Shown: positions 1 to 9,859 of the stretch, one piece after another | Numbering within the stretch: position 1 is the first letter of the stretch | Layout: the number at the start of each line of letters is the position of its first letter | NCBI GenBank assembly: GCA_031414535.1 | Contig: JANNVQ010000011.1 | Span: forward strand, 1 to 64,000 | Reading direction: 5' to 3' | Origin: Gemmatimonas sp. | GTDB taxonomy: Bacteria > Gemmatimonadota > Gemmatimonadetes > Gemmatimonadales > Gemmatimonadaceae | DNA length: 64,000 nt | The notes under the pieces: generated by a model | What the model was told of the DNA's origin: nothing | The model's database searches: none | What the model saw: the letters and a program-made list of their open reading frames with translations, nothing else | Position numbers and translations under genes: made by a program

Positions 1-90
1 CCGCCCCCCCGGGCGCCGCCACACACAACCTACCACCCCACAACCCGGGCGCGGCCCCCGCCCCAAAACCCCCCCGCACCCCCTAAGGTT

Positions 91-132
91 TTGTAGTCTC
101 CGAGTCTCCGTGCCTCCGTGGTGAAAGCAGTT
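91..132. repeat. 9-mer-based repeat (CTCCGAGTCTCCGTGCCTCCGTGGTGAA family), single arm
   Basis: Near-identical to 62161-62203; reverse-complement copy at 62069-62100. Confidence 0.8.
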
Positions 133-226
133 GGAACGAAACGCCTTATCCGGTTTACTCGTCTAAATGGCGTACGCGTGAGCGCCGACGCGCTGCGCAG
201 CACTTCCCTCAGACATTTACACATCC

Positions 227-856
227 ATGCGTAAGATTTCGCTCGCACTTGTTGGTATGCTCGCCCTGCCGTTTGCGCTCGATGCGCAGGCTGGCCCAAC
301 GCCGTCGTTTCAGCCAACGCGCGTCGCGGTGCGTGAGTACAACTTTGCGCTTGTCGACTACAGCGGCGGATCTGCGTTGCTGTTTCAGTGGCGAGAGGGG
401 CTCGGCAAGCCGCGTACGCAATTCACGGCGGACTTCGGTATCGCCGATGGTGATGGGCCGGCGGACGACAACAGCTCATTGATCATCGGTGGCTCGTTCC
501 ACTATCAGCTCATGAACGCCACCGCAGACCTGCCCTTCGACATGGTGTTCGGTGCCGGCGTCGGCGTGACGGCCGGCCAGAACTCGTCGCTGCTGCGAAT
601 CCCCTTTGGCGTGGCCATTGGCCATCGCTTTCCGCTCGAGGGAAACTTTGCGATTACGCCGTTTGTCCATCCCCGGCTGTCAATCGACCGCGTCAAAGTC
701 GATGGCTTCGGCGCCGAAACAGACAGCAACATCGACATCGACCTCGGCGCCTCGTTCGAGATTAATCCCCAGATGCAGGCTCGACTCGCCGTGAACTTTG
801 GCGACTCGAATGCGCTGGGACTCAGCTTCGTGTGGTTGCCGCGTGGCTTGAGATAG
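227..856 (+). CDS. Exported hypothetical protein, probable small outer-membrane beta-barrel
   Basis: Signal peptide (MRKISLALVGMLALPFALDAQA); alternating hydrophobic/aromatic strands; C-terminal LGLSFVW strand. Confidence 0.6.
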   Translation: MRKISLALVGMLALPFALDAQAGPTPSFQPTRVAVREYNFALVDYSGGSALLFQWREGLGKPRTQFTADFGIADGDGPADDNSSLIIGGSFHYQLMNATADLPFDMVFGAGVGVTAGQNSSLLRIPFGVAIGHRFPLEGNFAITPFVHPRLSIDRVKVDGFGAETDSNIDIDLGASFEINPQMQARLAVNFGDSNALGLSFVWLPRGLR

Positions 857-862
857 GGCGGA

Positions 863-877
863 TTCCGTCATCCGTCC
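863..877. repeat. GACGGAT heptamer repeat, 2 units (TTCCGTC ATCCGTC C), overlapping the waaA stop
   Basis: Minus strand reads TTG GAC GGA TGA CGG AAT. Confidence 0.6.
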
Positions 878-2151
878 AAGAGATCCAAGACCAGCGCGAA
901 GCTGCTGTCCGCTGCTCCTAGCCCATCACGCACCACACTGAGCGCCGCCGCACCGGCGCGCGCGCGTGTGTCGTCTTCCGTGAAGAAAGTGCGTAGCGCG
1001 CGCACGAACTCGGGCACGTCACGCACGGGCTCGCCGCCGTGCTGCTCGTAGAGGAGGCGGGCATCGCGACTCATATGATGTCGCGGGCCGAACAGCACGG
1101 GGATGCCGAAGGACGCGGGCTCCAACACCGAATGCAGGCCCGCCGCGTGGAAGCCCCCGCCCACGTAGGCTACTGACGCGAGGGCGTAGAGATCGCCAAG
1201 TACGCCGACGCGATCGACGAGAACGACGTCATCATCACTGCGGGCGGCGTCGAGCGCGGCAATACTCAAGCCGGATTCAGCGGCCCATCGTTCAATGGGT
1301 GCTGCGTGCACCGCCGACGGCTCGTGCGGAGCAATGATGAGCCGCGCGTCCGGCACGGCAACCTTCAGCGCACGCCAGGCCGCGAACAACACTTTCTCGT
1401 CGGCGGGCCATGTGGAACCAGCCACGAGGGTTGGCCGATGGGACTTAAGCGGCGCGAGCAAGGCGGATGACGCTTGGCGCGATACCGCGCGCGCTGCGAC
1501 CTGATCGTAGCGCGTATCGCCGGTGACGCGTACGCGCTCGGCTTGCACGCCGAGTGCGGTCAAGCGGTCCGCATCGTCTGCATCAATTGCGCCAACGAGC
1601 GAGAGCGCGGCGTAGGCATCGCGCAGGAGGGCGGCAGCCAGCGCACCGCGCCGTCCCGAGCCCTCCGCGAGTGTGGCGGAGATCATTCCCACGCGTACGC
1701 CCTGTGCAGCGGCGGCAGACGTGAGGATGGGCCACACATCGAGCTTGCTGTACACAATCGCGCTTGGCCGGAGTGTGCTGAGCATTGCGGCCGCATTTAC
1801 GGTGGTGTCAAAGGGCAAGTAGCCGTGAAAATCAGCGCCGACGGATGTCGCGAAGCGCTCTGCGCTGGGCGAGAAGTGTGTGTAAGCGATTTGTACGTCT
1901 GGCCGCCGCGCGCGCAGCAACTGAATGACTGGCTTCGCTTGCAGGCCCTCGCCAACCGACGGCGCGTGGAACCAGACGAGCGGTCTTGCGACGTCTCGAT
2001 GGGCGCTGGCCCAGTCTCGCGCGGGACCGAGGCTGTCCCGGCGGGCCCGGAGTGAGCGAGCGAGCTTTGAACTACCGCCGACAGGAAGCTGGGTTGCTAG
2101 GTCAGCGACGCGCAGGGCGACGCGATACGGCCACGCCAGCAGTTGATGCAC
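868..2151 (-). CDS. waaA: 3-deoxy-D-manno-octulosonic acid (Kdo) transferase
   Basis: WFHAPSVGE, YLPFD, VTGDTRYD, VAGSTW, IIAPHEP, YVGGGF, HSVLEPA motifs of WaaA/KdtA. Confidence 0.9.
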   Translation of the reverse strand: MHQLLAWPYRVALRVADLATQLPVGGSSKLARSLRARRDSLGPARDWASAHRDVARPLVWFHAPSVGEGLQAKPVIQLLRARRPDVQIAYTHFSPSAERFATSVGADFHGYLPFDTTVNAAAMLSTLRPSAIVYSKLDVWPILTSAAAAQGVRVGMISATLAEGSGRRGALAAALLRDAYAALSLVGAIDADDADRLTALGVQAERVRVTGDTRYDQVAARAVSRQASSALLAPLKSHRPTLVAGSTWPADEKVLFAAWRALKVAVPDARLIIAPHEPSAVHAAPIERWAAESGLSIAALDAARSDDDVVLVDRVGVLGDLYALASVAYVGGGFHAAGLHSVLEPASFGIPVLFGPRHHMSRDARLLYEQHGGEPVRDVPEFVRALRTFFTEDDTRARAGAAALSVVRDGLGAADSSFALVLDLLDG

Positions 2152-2166
2152 GCGAGCTCTGTGGGC

Positions 2167-2874
2167 TCAGCGCGCTGGAGCGGCCGCAAGCGCGGCCTCG
2201 ATGGCGCGCTGAAACACCTCATAGGGCTGTGCGCCCACGATCATCTGCTGACCAATGACGAAAGTCGGGGTAGATCCAACGCCGATGCGCTGGATTCGCG
2301 AAACGTCGGCGTCAATGATGGCGCGCGTGGCGCCGCTCGTGATGCAGCTACGGTATCGCGCGCCGTCCGTCACGTGCCGCAGCGCCAGCGAATCGAAATA
2401 CGCATCCACGTTGAGGCGACTCTTCCAGCTGTCCTGCGTAGCGAAGAGTGCATCCGCCACCGGCCAAAACGCCCCCTGCTCGGCGGCGCACATCGCGGCT
2501 TCATGCGCGGGCTGCGCATTTCGGTGCGACGAGATGGGCAGGTTGAGATAGGCCACACGGATTTTGCCAGTGCGCACGTACTCTCGGTGAAGGCGCTCTC
2601 CAGTCTGCTCATGCCAACGCTTGCAGAACGGGCACTGGAAGTCCGAGATGACCACGAGCCACACACGGGCGGAGGCAGGGCCGTCAATGCGGCCGAGGTC
2701 GGCGCGGGTCAGGAGGGCGGCGCCGGCCGTGTCGGCCTCGGCTAGGTCGTTGGGGTTAGCCGCTACCGAAAGCGACTCGGCGGGAGTTGCGTCGGACGAT
2801 GCGGCTGCGGAGTCACAGCCAATGAGGGCGGTGAGGGCCAGAAGGAGAGCGAGCGGGCGATAGGAAAGGCGCAT
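2167..2874 (-). CDS. DsbA-family thioredoxin-fold lipoprotein
   Basis: SDFQCPFC active site, cis-Pro STPTF, lipobox LIGC. Confidence 0.85.
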   Translation of the reverse strand: MRLSYRPLALLLALTALIGCDSAAASSDATPAESLSVAANPNDLAEADTAGAALLTRADLGRIDGPASARVWLVVISDFQCPFCKRWHEQTGERLHREYVRTGKIRVAYLNLPISSHRNAQPAHEAAMCAAEQGAFWPVADALFATQDSWKSRLNVDAYFDSLALRHVTDGARYRSCITSGATRAIIDADVSRIQRIGVGSTPTFVIGQQMIVGAQPYEVFQRAIEAALAAAPAR

Positions 2875-2911
2875 CTATAAGAATAGTCCTGATGTTCCTG
2901 GAGGCGAAGTT

Positions 2912-3020
2912 TGACGCGGTTGTGACGCGGAAGCCTAGGCCAGGGTAAGGGTGTGCAACGCCGTTAGAGGCGTCACGCAGGCGTCACGTGGGTGTCACCG
3001 AAAGTTCGGTTTCTGTTCGG
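2912..3020. promoter_or_regulatory. 11-bp-period direct repeats (G[C/T]GTCAC) in the divergent dsbA/susC promoter region
   Basis: GGCGTCAC 2969, GGCGTCAC 2980, GGTGTCAC 2991; opposite-strand pair TGACGCGG 2912/2923; GTTCGG 3004/3015. Confidence 0.5.
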
Positions 3021-3252
3021 AATATTGGAGTTTTGGCCTGTTATTGTGACTTGCGTCCCTTGTGACACCAGCGTTACCCTAAGCGGTCGGCTTACCCCCT
3101 AACCCGGGGGCGTGTTCCTATCTGTGCCTTTGGTTTGTTGTACCAGCAAATGCCCTAGGGCGAAATCCCTGGGCGTCTGCCGTCGTCGGTTCGGCGGTCT
3201 GTGTGACTTGCACAGCCGCAAGCGTAGTGAAACCCCTTCACGAGGTATGCTC

Positions 3253-6200
3253 ATGCTGGGACGGAACGGGATTCTGAGGCTCAACGCCTCTATCCTCGGG
3301 CTGCTCCTCTCGGTGACCACCGCAGGGACGTTGTCGGCGCAGAATGCCGCGACAGTCACGGGTCGGATCACTTCAGAGGGAGGACAGCCGCTCTTCGGGG
3401 CGAACATTGGGATCGAAGCTCTTGCGATCCAAGTTGGAACGAACGAAGAGGGCCGGTATACCATCGTGGTCCCTGGTGCGCGCGTGCGCGGCCAGCAGGT
3501 GGTGCTCCGCGTGCGGTCATTCGGCTTCGTGCCGCAGACCAAGTCCATCACCCTTGAGGGTGGTTCGCAGTCGCACGATTTCGTCCTCAAGCAGGACGTG
3601 AATCGCCTCAGCCAGGTCGTCGTGACCGGCGTGACGGCAGGAACGGAGCAGAAGAAGCTCCCCTTCACAGTGGCGCAGGTGAACGCTGAAGACATGCCAG
3701 TGCCGGGGTCCAACCCGCTCTCGCAGATTCAGGGCAAGGTGCCTGGTGCCAACATCGTGTCGTCGTCTGGTCGTCCCGGTGCCGCTCCGGCGGTGATTCT
3801 CCGTGGACCCCAGTCAATCAACGCGTCAGGCCGCGGCCAAGACCCGCTCTACATTATTGACGGTGTGATCTCGCAGGGTGGCCTGCAGGACATCAACCCA
3901 CAGGACATCGAGAGCATCGAAGTCGTGAAGGGCGCCGCTGCGTCCTCGCTCTACGGCTCACGCGCTGGCAACGGCGTCATTCAGATCACGACTCGGTCGG
4001 GTCGCAACTCTGGCGAAGGCGTGCGGTTCCGCGCGCAGATGGAGTTCGGTGCCTCAAGCATCGAGAACGAGTACCCGTATCCGACGACCCACTTCATGAC
4101 GATGGACCCGACGATGACGCGCTTCTGCGTCCGCGAGACGGGCCAGCCGGAATGCTCGCGGACCGTGGACATGCGTGCCGAGACGTTCCGCATCAACGAC
4201 CAGGGTGGTGACTTTTCCCTGCCGCCCAAGCTCTTCTTGAATGACAACGGCATCAGCGTTGTCATTGGCCAGGCCCAAGCGCGTGGTTTGTACCAGGCCA
4301 ACCAGCACGTGCAGACGTACAACCCGATTCGCGCCTACCTGACCAACGGTCAGACCGCGAACACGACGGTAGACGCGACCGGCCGCGTTGGTCGCACGAA
4401 CTTCTTTGCCTCGGCCAACAATTTCCAGCAGGAAGGCGCGGTCCGCTTCCTCGACGGATACAGCCGTAACTCCGTGCGCTTGAACGTTGACCAGACGATG
4501 GCCAACGCCTTCAGCTTCGGCGTTCGTACCAACTTCACGCGCGCCGAAGACTACAACAGCGGCGCTAGCTTCTTCAGCATTTCGCGTCAGCCGTCGCACG
4601 CAGACTTGCTGCGTCGCGACTCGAAGGGCCGCCTCTTCATCCGGTCGAATCCGACCGCGAACGGTGGCAACCTGAACCCGGCGTATACGTCTGAGCAGTT
4701 CTCGCCGCTCAATACCATCACGCGTTTCCTCGGTCAAATCACCACCCGCTGGCAGCCGCTGGCGTGGCTGGACGGTGAGTTCAATTTGGGCTACGATGGT
4801 CGCGAGAACATCGCGGATGAGCAGCAGGATCGCGGTTGGCGCACCTCGGTGGCGGGCCCAGCAAACCTGGGATACAACGCCCGCAGCACCGCTGCCTCGT
4901 ACTCGCTCAACTCCTCAATTGACTTGACGGCCCGCCGCAGCTTTATGGGTGACGACCTCTCGGCTCGTCTCTCCGGCCGCTACCTCTTTGAGCAGCAGGC
5001 CGATCGGTTCTTCAATTCCAGCGGCGAGAACATCGTCGTCCCTGGGCTCTACGATCCGAATGCCACGATTGCGAACTTCACCTACGGCGGTGGTTCGGAA
5101 GACGTGCGTCAGATTGGTATGTTTGTGAGCCTCGACCTGGACTACAAGGGTCGCTACATCGCCAGCGGCCTCGTGCGTCGTGACGGCGCTTCACTGTTTG
5201 GCTCGGCGAACCGCTGGCAGACCTACGGCCGTGGCTCGTTGGCATGGCGTGCGTCTGAAGAAGCTTGGTTTAACTTCGACGCAATTTCTGACCTGAAGTT
5301 CCGCGCCTCGGTTGGCCAGGCGGGCAATCGGCCGAATTTCACGGCGCAGTACGAGACCTTTGCCATCGGCGCCGGTGGCGTGTTGACGCCGGTGCAGCTG
5401 GGTAACGCCCTTCTCCGTCCGGAAGTCTCCACGGAACGTGAGATTGGTGCGGACATTGAATTCTTCAGCAAGTACGCGCTGACCGTCACGCATTCGCTGA
5501 ACGTCATTGACGATCAGATTTTGCCGGTTCCGCCCCCAGCTTCCGCCGGATTTAGCACGCAGTGGCAGAACGCGGGCCAGCTGACGAACAACACCTTCGA
5601 GGTGTCGCTCAATCTGCCGCTCGTGCAGACCCGCGACCTCACGTGGTCGGCTCGTGTGCTGTACGACCGGACGACGTCAGAGATCACCAAGCTGACCCCG
5701 CCGCAGTTCTTCGTCTCTGCGGCTGGTCAGCAGGGTTCGAACACAATGTTCCTGATCAAGCAGGGTGGTGGACTTGGCGAGATTTACGGTCGCCAGTTCA
5801 TGAAGTCCTGCTCGATGATGCCGACGGCATTCCAGGCGCGTTGCGGCGCGGGCCGTGAGTATCAGGTGAACAGCGAGGGCTTTGTGGTGTACGTCGGAGC
5901 CGGCAACGCGCTCGGCGAAGGCATCACCAAGAATTTGTGGTTCACGTCAATTCCGACCGCCGACCATCCGTACGGCTTGGCTGACCAGAACTGGGGTCTT
6001 CCGATCCTCGTCCGTGATGCCACTGGTGTACCGGTGTCGCGGATTGGCAACGCGCTGCCTGACTTCCGCTGGTCGCTGTCGCAGACTGTCAGCTACAAGC
6101 GTTTCTCGGCCTTCGTCCTTCTCGACGCGACCGTGGGCAAGGATGTCTGGAACATTCAGCGCCAGTGGTCACTGGGCGACTTCGCCCACAAGGAGACGGA

Positions 6201-6573
6201 TCAACAGGGTGCATCCATCACCTCCGCAAAGCCGATTGGTTACTACTTCCGCGCCAACGCGGCGGGTGGTTCCACAGGCATCGGCGGGTTGTATGACGTG
6301 CTTGCCCCGAACAACAACACGACGGAAGACGCGAGCTTCGTGAAGGTCCGCGAAATCTCGCTGGGCTACCGTCTTGGACGTATTGCTGGCGTGGGCGACT
6401 GGAATGTCTCGCTTGTGGGCCGAAACCTCCTCACCTTCTCTGACTACAAGGGTTTCGATCCTGAAGTCGGCGTCGGCGGTGGCAATCTTGGCTCTGGCGT
6501 GCTGAACGCGATTGATGCGTTTGGCTTCCCGAACCTTCGCACGTTCTCCTTCCAGATCAGCACGAGCTTCTGA
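3253..6573 (+). CDS. SusC/RagA-family TonB-dependent outer-membrane transporter
   Basis: N-terminal carboxypeptidase-regulatory-like domain, QVVVTG TonB box, DPLYIIDG, INPQDIESIEVVKGAAASSLYGSRAGNGVIQITT plug, RRDGASLFG, C-terminal Phe. Start moved from 3112 to the ATG 6 nt after GAGGT (3247 is an alternative). Confidence 0.9.
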   Translation: MLGRNGILRLNASILGLLLSVTTAGTLSAQNAATVTGRITSEGGQPLFGANIGIEALAIQVGTNEEGRYTIVVPGARVRGQQVVLRVRSFGFVPQTKSITLEGGSQSHDFVLKQDVNRLSQVVVTGVTAGTEQKKLPFTVAQVNAEDMPVPGSNPLSQIQGKVPGANIVSSSGRPGAAPAVILRGPQSINASGRGQDPLYIIDGVISQGGLQDINPQDIESIEVVKGAAASSLYGSRAGNGVIQITTRSGRNSGEGVRFRAQMEFGASSIENEYPYPTTHFMTMDPTMTRFCVRETGQPECSRTVDMRAETFRINDQGGDFSLPPKLFLNDNGISVVIGQAQARGLYQANQHVQTYNPIRAYLTNGQTANTTVDATGRVGRTNFFASANNFQQEGAVRFLDGYSRNSVRLNVDQTMANAFSFGVRTNFTRAEDYNSGASFFSISRQPSHADLLRRDSKGRLFIRSNPTANGGNLNPAYTSEQFSPLNTITRFLGQITTRWQPLAWLDGEFNLGYDGRENIADEQQDRGWRTSVAGPANLGYNARSTAASYSLNSSIDLTARRSFMGDDLSARLSGRYLFEQQADRFFNSSGENIVVPGLYDPNATIANFTYGGGSEDVRQIGMFVSLDLDYKGRYIASGLVRRDGASLFGSANRWQTYGRGSLAWRASEEAWFNFDAISDLKFRASVGQAGNRPNFTAQYETFAIGAGGVLTPVQLGNALLRPEVSTEREIGADIEFFSKYALTVTHSLNVIDDQILPVPPPASAGFSTQWQNAGQLTNNTFEVSLNLPLVQTRDLTWSARVLYDRTTSEITKLTPPQFFVSAAGQQGSNTMFLIKQGGGLGEIYGRQFMKSCSMMPTAFQARCGAGREYQVNSEGFVVYVGAGNALGEGITKNLWFTSIPTADHPYGLADQNWGLPILVRDATGVPVSRIGNALPDFRWSLSQTVSYKRFSAFVLLDATVGKDVWNIQRQWSLGDFAHKETDQQGASITSAKPIGYYFRANAAGGSTGIGGLYDVLAPNNNTTEDASFVKVREISLGYRLGRIAGVGDWNVSLVGRNLLTFSDYKGFDPEVGVGGGNLGSGVLNAIDAFGFPNLRTFSFQISTSF

Positions 6574-6579
6574 CGGCGA

Positions 6580-6606
6580 GCGGGGCCGAGAGACCCTCGG
6601 CCCCGC
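6580..6606 (+). other. Intergenic GC-rich hairpin between susC and susD, no U-tract
   Basis: GCGGGGCCGAG-AGACC-CTCGGCCCCGC, perfect 11-bp stem. Confidence 0.6.
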
Positions 6607-6628
6607 CCACTCCACCTAGAGGAACACA

Positions 6629-8272
6629 ATGCGTAAGCTTTACCTTCTCGGCGGTGCAGTCGGCGTGCTTGGATTGGGCGCCTGCACTGACCTGTTGGCA
6701 GTAAAAAACTTGAACAATCCAGACGTGGCGCGCGCGTACTCCACGCAGGATGGTGTCGAGGGCGTTATCGCAGGGCTCGGTTCCGGTTTGTACAACACAA
6801 ACGGCCAGCGTAGCAACGAAGGCGTGAACACGCAGTCGAAGATTCTCGCTGGCGAGTCCCACACCTCGGTGAACAACTTTGGTGGAGCGCCGCGCTCGGC
6901 GATTCCGCGCACGCCGATTAACAACTCGCTTGGCAACGACATCGAGACGGGTAATCTCGTCCTGTTTAACCGCTTCTCGGTGCTCACCCGCACGGCTGCC
7001 AACGCCATTGCTGCGGTCGATCGCTTGAATGCCCCGCCAGGAGTTGGCTTGGGCAGCGTGGGCCGCACACAGCGTGCGCGCGCCTTCGGGTACTTCATCC
7101 TTGGCCAGGCGCTCGCGAACCTCGCGGCCGCCTACGACTCAGCGGCAATCGTAACGCCAGATTTGCCGTCGACAACGATTCCCGGCCTTTCGGGCTACGC
7201 CGATGTAAACGCGGCTGCAGTTCGGATGCTGGACTCAGCACTTGCCGCGACGAACATTGGCGCCGGTATTGATGCGATTCCAACGACTTGGATGTCGAGC
7301 GCAGGCTACACCAATGCGAATTTCCAGCGGCTGATTCGTTCGATGCGCGCACGCGTGCGCACCGGCGCGGCTCGCACCCCGGCAGAAGCAGCAGCCATTA
7401 ACTGGGCCGCGGTCATCGCCGACGGTACCACGGGTATTACCGCTGACTTCACGCAGGATGTAGGCGGAACGACTGGTTGGAGCGGTGGATATCACACCAT
7501 TCAGTCGTACGTGGCGAGCACGTGGGCCTGGGCGCCGATGTACTACTACGGCATGGCGGACGTGTCGGGTCGCTACTCGACCTGGCTGTCTCAGCCGCGC
7601 GACTCGCGCACGCAGTTCTTGGTCGTGACGCCGGACACGCGCTGGCCGCAGGGTGCAACTCGGGCCGTGCAGCAGGCGGAAGCTGGTCCCGCCACTGTGC
7701 AGCTCCCGGCTGGCCGCTACATGCGTAATCGCCAGACTGGTGATGATCCGCCAGCAACTGGCTGGGGCGAGTCCATGTACGATCACCGCCGTTGGGGCGG
7801 GATCCGTCAGAATGCCAACACCGGCACTCTGGTTGAGATGGACGTAGATGAAAGTCGCCTGTACGCTGCTGAAGGGTACATTCGCACCGGTCAGTTCGCC
7901 CTTGCCGCTCCGCTGATCAACCAGAGCCGTACGGCGAATGGTCTGCCCGCGGTCGGCGTTGTTGACGGAACGTCCCCTGTTGCTGGCGGTGCCAGCTGCG
8001 TGCCACAGGTACCACAGGGACCGAGCTTCACATCCGCCGCCTGCGGCAACATGTGGGAAGCCATGAAGTACGAAATGCGGATGGAGTCGGCGTGGACTGG
8101 CTATATGGCTTGGTTCCGCCACCACCGTCGTTGGGGCGACATGATTGACGGGACGCCGCTACAGTGGCCCGTGCCGTATCAGGAGATGCAGGCCCGTGCG
8201 CAGGGCTTCTACAACGGTGAGCTGGTCGCTGCGTCGGGCACTTACCAGTTCGGGACCGGTGCCAACAAGTAA
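6629..8272 (+). CDS. SusD/RagB-family surface lipoprotein
   Basis: Lipobox LGAC, GAGGA RBS, directly after susC; LYAAEG..LINQSR, YEMRME, RRWG SusD-like C-terminal motifs. Confidence 0.85.
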   Translation: MRKLYLLGGAVGVLGLGACTDLLAVKNLNNPDVARAYSTQDGVEGVIAGLGSGLYNTNGQRSNEGVNTQSKILAGESHTSVNNFGGAPRSAIPRTPINNSLGNDIETGNLVLFNRFSVLTRTAANAIAAVDRLNAPPGVGLGSVGRTQRARAFGYFILGQALANLAAAYDSAAIVTPDLPSTTIPGLSGYADVNAAAVRMLDSALAATNIGAGIDAIPTTWMSSAGYTNANFQRLIRSMRARVRTGAARTPAEAAAINWAAVIADGTTGITADFTQDVGGTTGWSGGYHTIQSYVASTWAWAPMYYYGMADVSGRYSTWLSQPRDSRTQFLVVTPDTRWPQGATRAVQQAEAGPATVQLPAGRYMRNRQTGDDPPATGWGESMYDHRRWGGIRQNANTGTLVEMDVDESRLYAAEGYIRTGQFALAAPLINQSRTANGLPAVGVVDGTSPVAGGASCVPQVPQGPSFTSAACGNMWEAMKYEMRMESAWTGYMAWFRHHRRWGDMIDGTPLQWPVPYQEMQARAQGFYNGELVAASGTYQFGTGANK

Positions 8273-8300
8273 GGAAGATTCCCTGCTCAGTTGGTGCGGC

Positions 8301-8765
8301 GTGCCGCGCCGACTGGGCGGAGGTGTTCTTCTCCTGTTGGTGCTGTTCCAGGGTGGTTGTTACTCGTATCTCCCGTTACAGACGGACCGTCCGCGAGAAT
8401 CAGATGTACGGGTGCTACTGAATGATCGCGGTCGAGTAGAAATGTCCGCAGGCTTGGGACCGTTGGCTGAGTGGGTGGAAGGCACCGTCACGAATCAGGA
8501 TAGTGCGAGCGTGCGACTGAAGGTCACTCGCGTCGTCTATATCCGAGGCGGTTCCGCCATCTGGACAGGTGAGGAGGTTGAGATTCCCGCGTACGCAATC
8601 ACGGGATTTCAATCGCGGCAGTTTTCCAAGGCGCGTACATGGGCCTTGGCTGGGGCGACGCTCGGAATGGTCGCTCTCTCAATCCTGACCACGAGCTTAG
8701 ACCTGTTTGGCACGCAACCGCCAGATCGGTGCACGGGACCAACCTGCTTGCCAGGCGAACAATGA
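8301..8765 (+). CDS. Hypothetical lipoprotein with C-terminal hydrophobic segment
   Basis: GTG start inferred (ORF-track start 8145 overlaps susD); hydrophobic leader ending QGGC; C-terminal TM-like helix and a Cys pair. Confidence 0.6.
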   Translation: MPRRLGGGVLLLLVLFQGGCYSYLPLQTDRPRESDVRVLLNDRGRVEMSAGLGPLAEWVEGTVTNQDSASVRLKVTRVVYIRGGSAIWTGEEVEIPAYAITGFQSRQFSKARTWALAGATLGMVALSILTTSLDLFGTQPPDRCTGPTCLPGEQ

Positions 8766-8824
8766 CGGTGATGGTTCATACCGACGTACCCTTTGAAGCG
8801 TACTTTTCACGGAGTCAAAGACTC

Positions 8825-9733
8825 ATGCAATTTGCTCGCAACTTCCTGCTGTTGACACTCGCGTTTGGCGCGGCCGCTTGCTCCAGCGATGACCTCGGTC
8901 CATCGACGCCGGTGATTCCGCCTCTCGCGTACGTCCGCTACATTCACGCGCTGCCCGATACGTTTGCCACCACCGTCCGGTGGGTCGATGATATCGAGTT
9001 CACGCCGCAGACCTTCGTCGGAGTGAACTTCCGCGCTGAGGGCCAGGGTGGCTTTCAGGGCCTCCGTGCCGGAACGCGTGCATTCCGCGTCTTCACCTAC
9101 CAGCAGAACGTCTTGAACTTCCCGGTTGCCGGGAACACGACCGTTCTCAAGGACACGACCTTCAATTTCGTGGCTGGTAGTTACTACACGATTCTGCACA
9201 CGGGCTTCACGCGCACTGGCTCGACGCCGGCCGCTCAGCTCCGGATTTTCCAGGACGATCCGCCATCCTCGCCGGCGACCGGTACACTCATGCGCGTCTA
9301 CAACGTCGCCTACACGGGTAATTGGGACGTGTATGTCGGAGCGGCAGCCACGCAGGTGGGTGACACGTCCACGACGTCCACGGCATACACGGTTGCACCG
9401 GGCACACTCGCGGGCAGCACCACGGCCGCAGCGGCTGGGTCCGTGACGCAGAACTACGCTCCGTACGCACTCGGCACCTATCAGACCCGCTTCACGGCGG
9501 CTGGTACGCTGAATCGTCCGGGCGTGGCTGCAACTCCGACCCCGGTTCGCGGTGCGGTGCCGGCCGGTCTCGCTGAGACCGTAGACTTCGCTCCTGCTGG
9601 TGGCTCAAACGTTGCTGGCTCGGTGATGACTCTCTGGGTGTTTGGTGCCCAGACCGGCGGAACCGGCGCGGCATCGCGTCCGGCCGTGCTCGTCACGGTT
9701 GATCGCTCGCCCGCTCGCACCATCGCTCCGTAA
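8825..9733 (+). CDS. DUF4397-like lipoprotein
   Basis: GGAG RBS, lipobox AAAC, AYVRYIHALPD and GSYYTI motifs typical of DUF4397 proteins. Confidence 0.7.
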   Translation: MQFARNFLLLTLAFGAAACSSDDLGPSTPVIPPLAYVRYIHALPDTFATTVRWVDDIEFTPQTFVGVNFRAEGQGGFQGLRAGTRAFRVFTYQQNVLNFPVAGNTTVLKDTTFNFVAGSYYTILHTGFTRTGSTPAAQLRIFQDDPPSSPATGTLMRVYNVAYTGNWDVYVGAAATQVGDTSTTSTAYTVAPGTLAGSTTAAAAGSVTQNYAPYALGTYQTRFTAAGTLNRPGVAATPTPVRGAVPAGLAETVDFAPAGGSNVAGSVMTLWVFGAQTGGTGAASRPAVLVTVDRSPARTIAP

Positions 9734-9753
9734 GCAACTGCTCTTGCGGTACT

Positions 9754-9789
9754 CTGGAGGCCGTCCACTCTCGGGTGGGCGGCCTTCAG
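9754..9789 (+). terminator. Stem-loop after the susCD operon (weak U-tract)
   Basis: CTGGAGGCCGTCCAC...GTGGGCGGCCTTCAG. Confidence 0.55.
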
Positions 9790-9859
9790 TGCGTTCGGTT
9801 CACACCAGTGCGCTTGCGCCAGCCCAAGCGTCAGCGCACACTAGGGGTAAGTAAATAGA

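Noticed and set aside
1..85. Extremely C-rich, T-poor stretch (G-quadruplex or i-motif candidate)
   Set aside because: At the window edge and unlike the rest in composition; could be low-quality contig-end sequence. Needs read support.
3144..3180. c-di-GMP-I riboswitch resemblance (GCAAA...GAAA hairpin)
   Set aside because: Lacks the following GACGCAAAGC-type conserved segment; kept only as a generic structured leader
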